Assembly: GCA_946499885.1 (NCBI GenBank)
Contig: CAMMTN010000002.1
Span: forward strand, 85,085-125,084
Source: an uncultured Clostridium sp.
GTDB taxonomy: Bacteria > Bacillota > Clostridia > TANB77 > CAG-508
Direction of reading: 5' to 3'
Length of the DNA stretch: 40,000 nucleotides
Shown here: positions 39,413 through 40,000 of the stretch, piece by piece
Layout: each line of letters starts with the position of its first letter
Position numbering within the stretch: the first letter of the stretch is position 1
Program-made: the position numbers and the translations under genes
The notes under the pieces: generated by a model
What the model saw: only the letters and a program-made list of their open reading frames with translations
What the model was told of the DNA's origin: nothing
Databases searched by the model: none

Positions 39413-40000
39413 ATGGCATTTTTAATCGTTTTATTAGTTATTATACTAATTATCGCATTTAAAACAATCAGAATTGTAAGACAGTCTGAAGTTTATATTA
39501 TAGAAAGACTTGGTAAATTTTATAAAATTGCTGATGCTGGTCTTACAATTGTAGTTCCATTTTTTGACCATGTTCGTAGTATAGTTAGCTTAAAACAACA
39601 AACAATGGACATTCCACCACAAGGTGTTATTACAAAAGATAATGTTACTATCACAATAGATACAGTTGTATTCTATAAAGTAACAGACCCTGCAAAAGCA
39701 GTTTATGAAATTCAAAGTTTGAAAAAAGGTATTGAATACCTAGCTATCACAACAATTCGTGATATTGTTGGTAAAATGGACTTAGATTCAACATTTAGTT
39801 CACGTGATGCTATTAATGATAAATTAAGAGTATTACTAGATGAAGCGACAGACCAATGGGGATGTAAAATAGACAGAGTTGAAATTAAAGATATTACACC
39901 ACCAGCAGACATCCGTGATGCAATGGAAAAACAAATGAATGCTGAAAGAAATAAAAGAGCTTTAATCCTTCAAGCAGAAGGTGAAAGACAATCTGCAATC
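39413..40000 (+). CDS. SPFH/band-7 (stomatin/slipin-like) protein, partial; runs off the right edge
   Basis: Not in the track because there is no stop. ATG at 39413 after GGAGG. Translation is MAFLIVLLVIILIIAFKTIRIVRQSEVYIIERLGKFYKIADAGLTIVVPFFD...DRVEIKDITPPADIRDAMEKQM. Confidence 0.88.
   Translation, partial: MAFLIVLLVIILIIAFKTIRIVRQSEVYIIERLGKFYKIADAGLTIVVPFFDHVRSIVSLKQQTMDIPPQGVITKDNVTITIDTVVFYKVTDPAKAVYEIQSLKKGIEYLAITTIRDIVGKMDLDSTFSSRDAINDKLRVLLDEATDQWGCKIDRVEIKDITPPADIRDAMEKQMNAERNKRALILQAEGERQSAI

Overview
This is a very AT-rich chromosomal segment of a low-GC Firmicute, Clostridia-like (standard code, AGGAGG-type RBSs, Arg almost always AGA), and it is mostly housekeeping. Recognisable genes are a CNNM/CorC-type protein, a sortase plus an LPQTG adhesin, a NUDIX hydrolase, an OmpR/HK pair, MscS, trmB, an ABC-2 exporter, proS, scpB, murI, a cysteine desulfurase, mutS2, mtaB, groES-groEL with a CIRCE operator, a flavin reductase, recG and an NfeD-SPFH pair. 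I saw no rRNA, tRNA, CRISPR array, transposase or phage block. Five things stand out. (1) The only three frameshifts, one in mtaB and two in recG, all sit at an in-frame CGG followed by A, and each is repaired by skipping the C and reading GGA (Gly). This could be rare-codon +1 recoding or a systematic sequence error. (2) The sortase substrate ends LPQTGF-stop with no membrane tail, and about 220 nt of stacked hairpins follow it. (3) Two dispersed palindromic repeat families are present: a GGGGACGT-core long-arm terminator family with three loci, and a MITE-like family with a long and a collapsed copy. (4) An unusually long, structured groES-groEL spacer. (5) Several odd accessory proteins: a 19-Cys protein, a pilin-like-N-terminus FGE-domain protein, a tandem-OB SSB-like protein, and unannotated small ORFs. 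All coordinates of hairpins and motifs were hand-counted and may be off by 1-2 nt. No database search was possible.
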